Below, piece after piece: positions 36,900-46,843 of a stretch of 64,000 nt of DNA. The stretch's first letter is position 1, and each line of letters opens with the position of its first letter. Origin of the DNA: an uncultured Gammaproteobacteria bacterium (GTDB lineage Bacteria > Patescibacteriota > Patescibacteriia > Buchananbacterales > UBA6539); NCBI GenBank assembly GCA_964540635.1, contig CAZINP010000001.1, positions 93,364 to 157,363 on the forward strand, in the 5' to 3' direction. A program made the position numbers and the translations under genes. The notes below the pieces were generated by a model that saw nothing but the letters and a program-made list of their open reading frames with translations, had not been told where the DNA came from and made no database searches.

Positions 36900-38456
36900 A
36901 TGAAATTATTCAATAAGATCTGGCGGCAATTTGAAAACCAAATTTTTTGGCAGTATTTTTTGCTTTTTGTTTTGTCACTTTTTCTTTTTGGATATCTTCA
37001 GGCCGGTCCGACCTTGGCAGATCCCGATTCTTTTTATCACGCAAAAATTTCACAGCTGATTTATGAGCAGGGCATTGTTAAAGATTTTCCTTGGCTTACG
37101 GCCACCAATCTTTCGCAGGATTTTATTGATCATCACTTGCTTTATCATTTGATTTTAGTCCCGTTTGTGGCAGTTTTTAATCCTTTGGTTGGGATTAAAA
37201 TTGCCTCGGTACTTTTTGCCACGGCCTTTGTCTTGGTTTTTTTCTGGTTTTTAAGAAGCTTTAAGGTTCGTGGCGCTTTATGGTTCAGCCTGTTTTTACT
37301 TACGATTAACCCTTTTATTTTCCGGCTCAATTTAGCTAAAGCCCCGGCCCTGGTTTTAATTTTATTTTTTTTGATTATCAATTTTCTCTTTCAGCGGCGA
37401 TATTTGGCCTTGTCGCTTTGTTCTTTTATTTTTGTTTGGCTTTATGGCGGTTGGCCCAGCGCTTTGGGGTTGAGTTTTATTTATTTATTTTTAAATTTGA
37501 TTTTACCGGCTTCCTGGCGAGGCAATGTGGCGGTCAGGCTGGGAAAAATGAAAGTTACCTGGCAGGCACTGGTTGGCTTTTTGGCTTCGGTTTTTGGAGT
37601 GAGTATTGGCATAATTTTATCGCCATACTTTCCGCAAAACTTAAAATTTTATTGGCAGCAAGTTGTTGAAATCGCCTTGATAAATTATCAGGGGGTAATT
37701 AACGTTGGAGCAGAGTGGTATCCGTATTTACCTCAAGATTTAATTTTAACCTCTTTGCCCTTTGCGATTTTTGTTGGCTTGGCTTTGATTATTTTTATTT
37801 TAAATATTAGGCACCAGCCCATAGTTAATTGGTACATTTTAATTTTAACCTTGATTTTTGCCGCTTTAACCTTTAAATCTAGGCGTTATGTTGAATACTT
37901 TATTCCTTTATCATGGTCTTTTGTGGCTTTAACGATAAATAATTCTTTGGATGAAATTAGAAATTATTTTTCAAAAATTTTACCTTTGCCGTATCAACGG
38001 CTTTTTCCTCTTATTTTATTTTTGGCCTTTTTGCCGATATTTTATCATGATTTAAGTCTTGTTAGAAATGATTTTTTGAATGGCGTTTCTTTTTCGCGTT
38101 TTGCCCAGTCCTCGGTTTGGTTAGAAAAAAATTCAAACCAAGGCGACATTGTTTTTCATTCTGATTGGGATGAATTTCCAATTCTTTTTTATCACAATCA
38201 CCTTAATTATTATTTGGCGGGCTTGGATCCAACTTTTACTTATAAATATGATCAGAACGTTTATCGCCTTTGGACCCAGATTACGGCCGGGTACAATGTA
38301 GGCAATTTGTCCAGAATAATAAGTCAGGTTTTTGGCGCTCGTTATGTTTTTATTGATGTTAATCAAAATTCTGATATGGTTAATCTTTTCTCCAATCAAA
38401 TGGATTTTAAAGAGGTCTATCGTGATCAGGAGGCAGTAATTTACGAAATTAAATGA
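36900..38456 (+). CDS. Polytopic membrane protein, putative GT-C-fold glycosyltransferase
   Basis: About 13 TM helices with an early periplasmic-loop acidic motif (ADPDSFYH). Confidence 0.45.
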   Translation: MKLFNKIWRQFENQIFWQYFLLFVLSLFLFGYLQAGPTLADPDSFYHAKISQLIYEQGIVKDFPWLTATNLSQDFIDHHLLYHLILVPFVAVFNPLVGIKIASVLFATAFVLVFFWFLRSFKVRGALWFSLFLLTINPFIFRLNLAKAPALVLILFFLIINFLFQRRYLALSLCSFIFVWLYGGWPSALGLSFIYLFLNLILPASWRGNVAVRLGKMKVTWQALVGFLASVFGVSIGIILSPYFPQNLKFYWQQVVEIALINYQGVINVGAEWYPYLPQDLILTSLPFAIFVGLALIIFILNIRHQPIVNWYILILTLIFAALTFKSRRYVEYFIPLSWSFVALTINNSLDEIRNYFSKILPLPYQRLFPLILFLAFLPIFYHDLSLVRNDFLNGVSFSRFAQSSVWLEKNSNQGDIVFHSDWDEFPILFYHNHLNYYLAGLDPTFTYKYDQNVYRLWTQITAGYNVGNLSRIISQVFGARYVFIDVNQNSDMVNLFSNQMDFKEVYRDQEAVIYEIK

Positions 38457-39700
38457 TAAAAATTTTTTTTAAATATCTTGATGTCACCAAGCTGGAAAAG
38501 GTGATACTTGTTGATATCATTTTTTTCTTTTTTGCGGCTGTTTTGTTTTTTAACTTTTTCTTACCAAATACTGAGTTTAAAAATTTCATTGAAAACGGAG
38601 CGGAGTTTAGTCAATTGTCCGAGTCATTTCTTTCTGGCCGCCTTGACTTACAAAAACCCGGTGATTTGGATTGTTCTTATGGTAACGAAAAATGCTATTG
38701 GGCTTTGGGCCCGGCGCCCGCCGTGTTTTTATTGCCGTTTGTTTTTTTAGCTAAGCTTTTTGGGCAATTTTTTTTCCAAGGTTATTTGAATTTTTTCCTG
38801 GTTGTTTTTATATTTTTAATTTGTTGGCTTCTAGCTAAAAGATTTGGTTTTGATAAACATGATTCTTTGTGGCTTGCTTTTGCCTTTTGTTTTGCTTCGG
38901 TTTTTTTAAGCGCTGCTTTTTATTCAAGTTCTTGGCATTTTTCCCATGTTGTTAATACGTTTTTTTTATTATTAAGTTTCTTGGAATTTTTTGGCAAAAA
39001 ACGTTATTGGCTTATTGGAGTTTTCTTGGGTGCTGTTTTTGCTACACGTTTAAACTCCGGACTTGCCATTATCTTTTTTATCTTGGAAATTTTGTTTGAT
39101 CGTGAGGCGGTGTGGAAAGAAAAAATTAAATCACTAAGCTTGATTTTTTTACCAATTTTTGTTTGTTTTTTGGCTTTGGGCGCTTATAATTATGCTCGTT
39201 TTGATAATTTTTTTGATACGGGTTATGCCAGGGCTCAGAATGGCCAACCATTTCAACAATATTTGAAAGAAAAATTTGGTCTTTTTAGCTGGCACTATTT
39301 ATTAACAAACGCTTATTACTCACTTCTTAAATTGCCCGAGCCAATTCTTGATTTTGGATATATGCTAAAGGCGCCGTATTTTAGAGTTAGTCCTCTGGGC
39401 CTTAGTTTCTTTTTTGTCTCACCAATATTCTTTTGGATATTTTTTGCCGGATTTAAAACAAAAACCTTGAAATTTCTTTATTTAACTTCGTTTCTGATTT
39501 TGCTCTCGGTTCTTTTGTATTTTAATAGCGGATACCTTCAGTTTGGTCCTCGATATTTTATGGATTTTCTACCCTTGCTGTTCATTGTTTTGCTTTATAG
39601 TTTTAAAAATTCAAGGCTTACGGCCAAATCAAAAATTTTAATTACCACAAGCGCTTTTCTTAATTTGTATTTATTCTTAGGTTTTTTTATCCTGTTTTAG
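38453..39700 (+). CDS. Polytopic membrane protein, putative GT-C-fold glycosyltransferase
   Basis: About 11 TM helices; ATGA overlap with the upstream gene. Confidence 0.45.
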   Translation: MIKIFFKYLDVTKLEKVILVDIIFFFFAAVLFFNFFLPNTEFKNFIENGAEFSQLSESFLSGRLDLQKPGDLDCSYGNEKCYWALGPAPAVFLLPFVFLAKLFGQFFFQGYLNFFLVVFIFLICWLLAKRFGFDKHDSLWLAFAFCFASVFLSAAFYSSSWHFSHVVNTFFLLLSFLEFFGKKRYWLIGVFLGAVFATRLNSGLAIIFFILEILFDREAVWKEKIKSLSLIFLPIFVCFLALGAYNYARFDNFFDTGYARAQNGQPFQQYLKEKFGLFSWHYLLTNAYYSLLKLPEPILDFGYMLKAPYFRVSPLGLSFFFVSPIFFWIFFAGFKTKTLKFLYLTSFLILLSVLLYFNSGYLQFGPRYFMDFLPLLFIVLLYSFKNSRLTAKSKILITTSAFLNLYLFLGFFILF

Positions 39701-39703
39701 TAT

Positions 39704-40426
39704 ATGAAAATTGTTATTGCCGTACCGGCATATAATGAAGGAAAAATTATTGAAGCCAATATTTTAAAGCTGGCGGAGTTTGCCGGCCAAAAAATAAAAG
39801 ACGAATGGGTGGTGGTGGTTGCCGACAATGCTTCACTTGATAATACTGCCGAGATTGTTAAACGCATGGCGCTCAAATTTTTGCCAATTAAATATCTTTT
39901 TGTGCCCGAGAAGGGCAAGGGCCATGCGATTAAGGCGGCCTGGGAGTCAGAGCTTGCCGATATTTATATTTTTATGGATGCTGATTTATCGACGGACATT
40001 TCGGCCCTACCTGAGTTGATAGAAAAAATAAAAGCCGGTAACGACTTGGCCGTCGGTTCGCGTTATTTGGCTGACTCTAAGGTAACTCGATCAATTTGGC
40101 GAATTATTTTTTCAAGATTTTATTTTTTTATTTTAAAAATGTTAATTGGCCTTAAGTCAAGCGATGCTCCTTGCGGTTTTAAGGCCATAAATAGTAAAAC
40201 TAAAGATATAATTTTGCCCCAAGTTGAAAATTTAGAATGGTTCTTTGATTCGGAACTATTGATATTATCCGAGAAAAATCATTTTTTGATTTCCGAGGTT
40301 CCCGTGGTTTGGCGAGATATTCGTGAAAGCAATGATAAAAGTCGGGTCAACCCCTTTGTGGTTGGATGGGATTATTTGAAAGAAGTAATTAGGCTTAAAA
40401 AAAGTATAAAGTCCAAAATAAGTTAA
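39704..40426 (+). CDS. GT2 glycosyltransferase (polyprenyl-phosphate sugar synthase-like)
   Basis: VPAYNEG ... VVVADNASLDNT ... DAD motifs. Confidence 0.7.
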   Translation: MKIVIAVPAYNEGKIIEANILKLAEFAGQKIKDEWVVVVADNASLDNTAEIVKRMALKFLPIKYLFVPEKGKGHAIKAAWESELADIYIFMDADLSTDISALPELIEKIKAGNDLAVGSRYLADSKVTRSIWRIIFSRFYFFILKMLIGLKSSDAPCGFKAINSKTKDIILPQVENLEWFFDSELLILSEKNHFLISEVPVVWRDIRESNDKSRVNPFVVGWDYLKEVIRLKKSIKSKIS

Positions 40427-40449
40427 TAATCTAATTTACATTAAAAAAT

Positions 40450-41157
40450 ATGGAAAAAATTTTTATAATTATCCCGACATATAACGAGAAGGAAAATTTA
40501 AAAAAATTATTGCCCCAAATTTTTGATTTAAATATTGAAGGCTTAAGCGTCTTGGTGGTAGATGATAATTCGCCCGATGGTACAGGTGAATTGGTTGAAG
40601 AATTAAAAAAAGATAATTTAAGCTTGGATGTTTTGCACCGTGAGCAAAAAATGGGTTTGGGTCGGGCCTATGTGGCCGGCTTTAAGGAGGCTTTGGCTCG
40701 AGGGGCGGATTATATTTTTGAAATGGACGCTGATCTTTCTCATGATCCAAAATATTTGCCCGATTTTTTAGAGGAGATAAAAATGGCCGATTTAGTTTTG
40801 GGTTCGCGCTACATCAAAGGCGGCGGGGTTTCAAATTGGAATTTACCGAGGCGTTTAATTAGCCGTTTTGGGAATATCTATGCTCGTAACATTCTCTGGA
40901 TGAAACCTCATGATTTAACGGGTGGCTACAAGTGCTATCGACGGCAAGTTTTAGAAAAAATCGGTTTGGATGAATTAAGTTCGGTCGGATATAATTTCCA
41001 AATAGAAACAACCTATAAGGTATACAAGCTTGGATTTAAAATCGTTGAAACCCCAATTATTTTTACCGAACGAGCCGAGGGGAAATCAAAATTCAGTCCG
41101 AAGATTATGTTGGAAAGTTTTTGGCGCGTCTTAATTTTAAGATTTAAAAAAATATAG
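40450..41157 (+). CDS. GT2 dolichyl/polyprenyl-phosphate mannose synthase-like
   Basis: IIPTYNEKENL ... VVDDNSPDGT ... EMDADLSHDP. Confidence 0.75.
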   Translation: MEKIFIIIPTYNEKENLKKLLPQIFDLNIEGLSVLVVDDNSPDGTGELVEELKKDNLSLDVLHREQKMGLGRAYVAGFKEALARGADYIFEMDADLSHDPKYLPDFLEEIKMADLVLGSRYIKGGGVSNWNLPRRLISRFGNIYARNILWMKPHDLTGGYKCYRRQVLEKIGLDELSSVGYNFQIETTYKVYKLGFKIVETPIIFTERAEGKSKFSPKIMLESFWRVLILRFKKI

Positions 41158-41167
41158 AATTTGAGCT

Positions 41168-41851
41168 ATGAAGGTTTCCGTGGTAATCCCGGTCTATAAC
41201 GAACAAGAATATATTTTGAAAACAATTGAAGCCGTTAGGGCTCTGGATTTTGGTGGTTGGGAAAAAGAGATTATTGTGGTTGATGACGGTTCCAGTGATC
41301 GTACGCCGGATATATTAAAATCAGAGTCAGGGATAAAGATTATTTTGAGTGACAAAAATCATGGCAAGGGTCATGCGCTTGCCCTTGGCTTTAATCAAGC
41401 AACCGGCGATATTATTGCCATTCAAGATGCGGATCTGGAATATTGTCCTTCAAACTTAATCGGTTTAATCAACCAAATTGTTAACAATAAAGCTCAGGTG
41501 GTTTTTGGAAGCCGGATGAAGGGCAATAATCCAATAGGTCATTGGCGATATTATTTGGGCAATCTTTTTGTTTCTTTTTTGCTTAATTTATTTTTTAATG
41601 CCCGTCTGTCGGATGTTGAAACCGGGCATAAAGTTTTTCTCAGGTCAGTAATAAGTGATATTGATTTTAAGGAGAAGGGATTCGGTTTTGAAATAGAGTT
41701 TACGGCAAGGGTTTTAAGAAAAAAAATTTTAATAACCGAGATGCCAATTATCTATTCTCCTCGCAAATTTTGCCAAGGCAAAAAGATTAAATGGCTTGAC
41801 GGCCTGGAGGCAATTTGGTTGATAATAAAGTATCGTTTTATCAGGTTATGA
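41168..41851 (+). CDS. GT2 glycosyltransferase
   Basis: VIPVYNE ... VVDDGSSDRT ... QDADLEY. Confidence 0.7.
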   Translation: MKVSVVIPVYNEQEYILKTIEAVRALDFGGWEKEIIVVDDGSSDRTPDILKSESGIKIILSDKNHGKGHALALGFNQATGDIIAIQDADLEYCPSNLIGLINQIVNNKAQVVFGSRMKGNNPIGHWRYYLGNLFVSFLLNLFFNARLSDVETGHKVFLRSVISDIDFKEKGFGFEIEFTARVLRKKILITEMPIIYSPRKFCQGKKIKWLDGLEAIWLIIKYRFIRL

Positions 41852-43512
41852 CATTTTTTAGATTAATCCGGTCAATTCAGAAAAAGGAATGGCGCTTTGT
41901 CATTCTTTTGTCGTCGGTGCTTATTTTTATAACATCATTACCTTTAATTTTTGGCTGGCTAATCAGACCAATTAATACGCAATTTACCGGGGTTCATATG
42001 GCCATGCTTAACGATTGGTTTGTTTACTTTTCATACATTGAGCAAGTTAAGCAGGGTCATTTTTTATTACTTGATCTTTTTACCTCAGAGTCTCATCGGG
42101 CGGTATTTAACCCTTTTTGGTTAACGGTTGGTCTGCTGGCAAAATGTTTTAAATTATCAAATATTTTAGCTTTTAATTTTGTTAGAGTTTTGTTGATACC
42201 AATATTTGTTGGCCTAAGTTACTTGTTTGTTTCGATAATTTTTAATGATTTAAAAAAGAGAAGGGTTGCCTTATTAATTCTTTCGTTTTCTTCCGGTGCC
42301 GGCTTTTTATTGATTGATCGGCTGGTTCGTTTTCAAGGAAATTTTGTTGATGGTCGGTTTAATTGGCCAATGGATTTGTGGGTGCCGGAGTCAAACATTT
42401 TTGCAACTCTATACTACTCACCCCACTTAATTGCTTCTTTAATTTTAATTCTTTTTATTTTATTGTTTACAGTTTTGTTTGTTGACAATAAAAAAATAAT
42501 TTATTCGATACCAACCGGATTGGCATCTTTATTCCTAATTTTATTTCATCCGTTTCATGCCCTAACAATATTCAGCGTTATTTTGGTTTATCTAGGTTTA
42601 ATTATTCTGGTTAAGCGGCAAATAATTTGGTCATATATTTTTTATTATTTTATTATTGCCTTAATTTCTTTTCCGGCAATAATTTATTATTCCACCCTTA
42701 TCAGACATGATTATGTTACTCGACTGAAATATGTTCAAAATGTTTGTTTAACGCCGCCTTTTTGGATAACGGTTTTTGGTTTTGGGATTTTATTTTTTTT
42801 GGCGCTCGGTGGAATTTGGCTGTTGTTAAGAAAAAAGATGTCAAATTTAAAAGTTGATTCACCCTTGGTTTTTTTGGGTGTCTGGTTTTTGGTTCAGTTT
42901 TGTCTTTTGTTTTCACCCATTTTATTCCAGCGTCGACTGGTTGAAGGTTTGCATTTTCCAATGGTTGTTTTAAGTTTAATTGCTTGGTATTATTTTTATG
43001 AGCATTATTTGAAAGAAAAGAGCAAATTAAAACAATTAATTGACAATCAAAAAGAAGTAATTTTTATTTTTATCTTGATTTTTTTAAGTTTATCAAATTT
43101 CTTTCTTGTCTCCGGTGATATATATATGTATCAAAGTCGCAAAGAGTTTACATATATTGATAAAAGTTTAATTGAGGCGATGGATTTTTTAAAAAATAAA
43201 AAAAATAGTTTTGTTATTTTTAATACTTCACAGAATATTGTCAATATTGTCCCGGCCTTTACCGGTAAAAGTGTTTACGTCGGTCATGGCGTGGAAACAG
43301 TTAACTTCTTTTCAAAGCAAAATGAGGTTGATTGGTTTTTTGACACAAATCGTCAAGAAAAGATAGAAAAAGATTTTTTAGCAAACCGTTCAATTGATTA
43401 CATTTTTTATACCGATAAAGAGCAGCAACTTGGAGAATATGATCCTCAAGCTAAGGATTATCTCCAACTTGTATTTGAGAACGATAAAGTTAAAATATAT
43501 CAAGTTAAATAG
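41848..43512 (+). CDS. Polytopic membrane protein, GT-C-like, tandem paralog 1
   Basis: N-terminal multi-TM region and C-terminal soluble domain ending in KVKIYQVK. Start placed at the ATGA overlap. Confidence 0.5.
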   Translation: MTFFRLIRSIQKKEWRFVILLSSVLIFITSLPLIFGWLIRPINTQFTGVHMAMLNDWFVYFSYIEQVKQGHFLLLDLFTSESHRAVFNPFWLTVGLLAKCFKLSNILAFNFVRVLLIPIFVGLSYLFVSIIFNDLKKRRVALLILSFSSGAGFLLIDRLVRFQGNFVDGRFNWPMDLWVPESNIFATLYYSPHLIASLILILFILLFTVLFVDNKKIIYSIPTGLASLFLILFHPFHALTIFSVILVYLGLIILVKRQIIWSYIFYYFIIALISFPAIIYYSTLIRHDYVTRLKYVQNVCLTPPFWITVFGFGILFFLALGGIWLLLRKKMSNLKVDSPLVFLGVWFLVQFCLLFSPILFQRRLVEGLHFPMVVLSLIAWYYFYEHYLKEKSKLKQLIDNQKEVIFIFILIFLSLSNFFLVSGDIYMYQSRKEFTYIDKSLIEAMDFLKNKKNSFVIFNTSQNIVNIVPAFTGKSVYVGHGVETVNFFSKQNEVDWFFDTNRQEKIEKDFLANRSIDYIFYTDKEQQLGEYDPQAKDYLQLVFENDKVKIYQVK

Positions 43513-43514
43513 TT

Positions 43515-45176
43515 ATGAAAAAAATATTCAAACTTTTTGAGAAAAAAGAAGTAATTTTTTTAATGTTCATGACATTTATTATTGCGGTTTTGATTATGAC
43601 CCCCCTTATTATTGGATATTTGTTTGCACCGGCGGGATATACTTATAGCGGTATTGGCAGTTTAACTCCGGGTGACAATCCTGTTTACTATTCTTACATT
43701 AATCAAATAAAGAACGGACAATGGTTAATTAAAGATTTTTTTACCGGAGAGAGGCAAGATTACGGAATGTTTAATATTTTCTGGTTTTTGGCCGGAAAGT
43801 TTGCTTGGCTTTTTGATTTATCGCCAATTTTTACTTTTCATTTTTTAAAACTCTGCTTGTTACCTTTTTTTATTTTGACAGCCTATTGGTTTATTTCGTT
43901 TTTCTTTGAAGAAATTAAACAAAGACGCATCGCCACTTATTTTTTTCTTTTGGCCGGAGGTCTTGGCGCCTATATAATTTTGCCTCTGACCTACGCGACC
44001 GATTTAATGACAAAAAAAGGATACTGGACGCCAAATGATATTTGGATTCCCGAGTCCTTAGCTTTTTTGTCGCTTTATAAAACGCCACATTTTATTGCTT
44101 CGTGGATCATGATGATGCTGATTTTATTAATTCTGTTTTTGGCAATAAGTAGAAATAAACCCATTTTTTTTGTGGTTGGCGGTTTTTTGTCTTTGGTATA
44201 TTTTAACTTTCATCCGTTTTATGTCCCCATGATTTTTTTAACCAGCGGCGTTTATCTTTTGTATGAAATTTTCAAAGAGAAAAGAATATTGTGGAAAAAA
44301 TGTTTTTGGTTTTGCGTTTTTGTTTTGATTTCCAGTCCTTCAATTTTTTATCATGCTTGGCTTCTAAAAAAAGAACCGGCTTTAAGTTCGCGGGCTTGGC
44401 AGAATATTACTTTGGCGCCGCCCTTTATTTTTATTATTGTTGGGTACGGCTTTCTTTTTGTTTTTGGCCTTCTTGGAATTTATGGTTTATTTAAAACTAA
44501 AAAAATTAAAGATAACCATATATTCTTGTTAATTTGGCTTCTGGTTTCCATTGCTTTGGTGTTGGCTCCTTGGCAATTTCAAAGCCGTAATACGCAGGGG
44601 ATTCATTTGCCCTTGGCAATTTTTTCAGCTTATGGTTATTTATTTTTTAGAGATGGTCTATTTTTTAAAAATATTTTTGCGAAAGTAAAGTTTATTTTGA
44701 ATGACAAGTTTTTGATTTTTTTGTTTTTTATTTTAATCTTTTTTCCTTCAATTGCTTTTAATTTGGTTAGAGATATTTATTATTATGTTGCCAAACCCAA
44801 AGATGTTGTTGATTTATTCTTTGTAAACAACGAAAGACTGTTTGGTATTCATTTTTTAGATGAAGCCGATTCTGGCCAAGTAATTATCTCACACCCGTTA
44901 AATGGTTTATATGTTGGGGCACTAACCCAAAATAGATCATATTTTGCCCACCCGATTGAGACAACCGATTTTAAAAGTAAGTCGTTGTGGGTTTTGTGGT
45001 TTTATAAAGATAATAATCACGGACAAGAAAAGGAGAAGTTTTTGAGTGAAAATAATATTAATTACGTTTTTTACTCTTCTTTGGAGAAGGAGCTGGGTTC
45101 TTTTGAGCCTGGGACCCAAGACTATTTAAGTGAAGTTTATTCAAATGATGAAGTAAAGATATATAAAGTCAAATAG
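43515..45176 (+). CDS. Polytopic membrane protein, GT-C-like, tandem paralog 2
   Basis: Shares YYSYINQIKNGQ and WIPES motifs and the C-terminus EVKIYKVK with the neighbouring genes. Confidence 0.5.
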   Translation: MKKIFKLFEKKEVIFLMFMTFIIAVLIMTPLIIGYLFAPAGYTYSGIGSLTPGDNPVYYSYINQIKNGQWLIKDFFTGERQDYGMFNIFWFLAGKFAWLFDLSPIFTFHFLKLCLLPFFILTAYWFISFFFEEIKQRRIATYFFLLAGGLGAYIILPLTYATDLMTKKGYWTPNDIWIPESLAFLSLYKTPHFIASWIMMMLILLILFLAISRNKPIFFVVGGFLSLVYFNFHPFYVPMIFLTSGVYLLYEIFKEKRILWKKCFWFCVFVLISSPSIFYHAWLLKKEPALSSRAWQNITLAPPFIFIIVGYGFLFVFGLLGIYGLFKTKKIKDNHIFLLIWLLVSIALVLAPWQFQSRNTQGIHLPLAIFSAYGYLFFRDGLFFKNIFAKVKFILNDKFLIFLFFILIFFPSIAFNLVRDIYYYVAKPKDVVDLFFVNNERLFGIHFLDEADSGQVIISHPLNGLYVGALTQNRSYFAHPIETTDFKSKSLWVLWFYKDNNHGQEKEKFLSENNINYVFYSSLEKELGSFEPGTQDYLSEVYSNDEVKIYKVK

Positions 45177-45184
45177 AAATTTTT

Positions 45185-46843
45185 ATGATAAATTTGATAA
45201 AATCCATAACGAAATCTGAGTGGAAGCTGATTTTTCTTGTAACGGTTATTGTGATTATTTTAACCCAACTCCCTGTTGTTTTTGGTTATCTTAATTCAAC
45301 ATCAGAAAAGGCGTATATTGGCATTCACTCTCAGACCTCGGTTGATATTTTGGTTTATTTTTCTTACATCAAGCAAATAATGGGCAATAAATTTTTACTT
45401 CTTGATAATTTTACGGGAGAGATGCAAGACTATGGCACATTTAACATCGTTTGGTTTTTGGTCGGGCTTCTTGGCCGGGCTTTGGGCTTAACGCCTGGTA
45501 TTGCCTTTCATCTTGCTCGGGCCATATTGGCGCCATTTTTATTGATAACGGTATATATTTTTTTAAGCTATGTTTTTGAGGATAAATTCAGGAGACGTCT
45601 TGGTTTTATTTTTATTTCTTTTGCCTCCGGTCTTGGTTTTTACTTATTTCCACTTTTTTTGTCTGGGTTTTATGATCCAAATAATTTTTTCCGGCAAGCT
45701 TGGTGGCCACACGATTTATCTCAACCAGAGATTTCAATTTTTAATACGATTTATCAAAGCCCGCACTTTATATTATCTTGGATTTGCACCCTTTGGATTT
45801 TTTTATTTGCCCTGTTGGCATTTGAAAAAAGACGTCCGTCTTACGGTTTTTATGCCGGTCTGATTGCTCTGGCTTATTTTAATTTTCATCCCTATTTTAT
45901 TCCTTTGATATTTGGAGTAATAGGAGTTTATGGAGTCTATTATTTTTTAAAACATCGTTTATTTGATTTTAATTTATTATTTGGCTTTATTTTTGGGGCT
46001 GTTGTTGCCAGCCTTTCTATTGGTTATCATTTTTTTCTTTTAAAAAATAGCTATGTGATCTCGACTCGGGCAACTCAGAATGTGACATTGGTTTTTTATC
46101 TTTGGCCGGCAATTGTTGGCTTTGGCGCACAGCTACCATTTGCGTTTTTGGGTTTTGTTTGGGCCTATATTCGCAAGGAGCTAGATGATAAGTTTATATT
46201 TTTTACAATATGGCTTTTGGTTAGCATTATTCTTCTTTTCGCCCCGATTCAGTTTCAGTCAAGATATTTTCAGGGAATGCAATTTCCGTTGGTTATATTT
46301 ATTACTTATGGTTTGAATTTGCTTTGGCAATATTTAAAATCAAATTCAAATTTATCAAAAATAAAATTTTTAGTTAACCCGTATTTGATCACCTTGGTTT
46401 TTATTTTATTGTTTTGCATGAGTAATATTTTTAACCTTTTTAGGGATTATTACTATTGCACAAACAGACTTTCGCTATTTTATATTAACCGTGATGCTTT
46501 AAACGGGTTTAATTGGCTTGATCAGCAGCCCGATAAAAACAAATTGGTTGTTGCAAGAGAATATTATGGGCATCTTGTTCCGGGTTTTAGCGGAAATAAA
46601 GTTTATTTTGCACATGGTCACGAGACTTTATTTTACGACTCAAAAAAGATAGAAGTAAACAATTTCTTTTCTTCAAGCACCACCCAAGAAAAAAAATATT
46701 CCTGGCTTTTGGACAGAAATATTTCTTATATTTTTGATGATATGGAGGATGGTACGGTTGTTTCTCGCTTTGAGTCACTTCCTTATTTGAAAAAAGTTTT
46801 TGACGCGCCCAAGGCAAAGATTTACGAAGTGATTAAAGATTAA
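45185..46843 (+). CDS. Polytopic membrane protein, GT-C-like, tandem paralog 3
   Basis: Same architecture; C-terminus KAKIYEVIKD. Confidence 0.5.
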   Translation: MINLIKSITKSEWKLIFLVTVIVIILTQLPVVFGYLNSTSEKAYIGIHSQTSVDILVYFSYIKQIMGNKFLLLDNFTGEMQDYGTFNIVWFLVGLLGRALGLTPGIAFHLARAILAPFLLITVYIFLSYVFEDKFRRRLGFIFISFASGLGFYLFPLFLSGFYDPNNFFRQAWWPHDLSQPEISIFNTIYQSPHFILSWICTLWIFLFALLAFEKRRPSYGFYAGLIALAYFNFHPYFIPLIFGVIGVYGVYYFLKHRLFDFNLLFGFIFGAVVASLSIGYHFFLLKNSYVISTRATQNVTLVFYLWPAIVGFGAQLPFAFLGFVWAYIRKELDDKFIFFTIWLLVSIILLFAPIQFQSRYFQGMQFPLVIFITYGLNLLWQYLKSNSNLSKIKFLVNPYLITLVFILLFCMSNIFNLFRDYYYCTNRLSLFYINRDALNGFNWLDQQPDKNKLVVAREYYGHLVPGFSGNKVYFAHGHETLFYDSKKIEVNNFFSSSTTQEKKYSWLLDRNISYIFDDMEDGTVVSRFESLPYLKKVFDAPKAKIYEVIKD

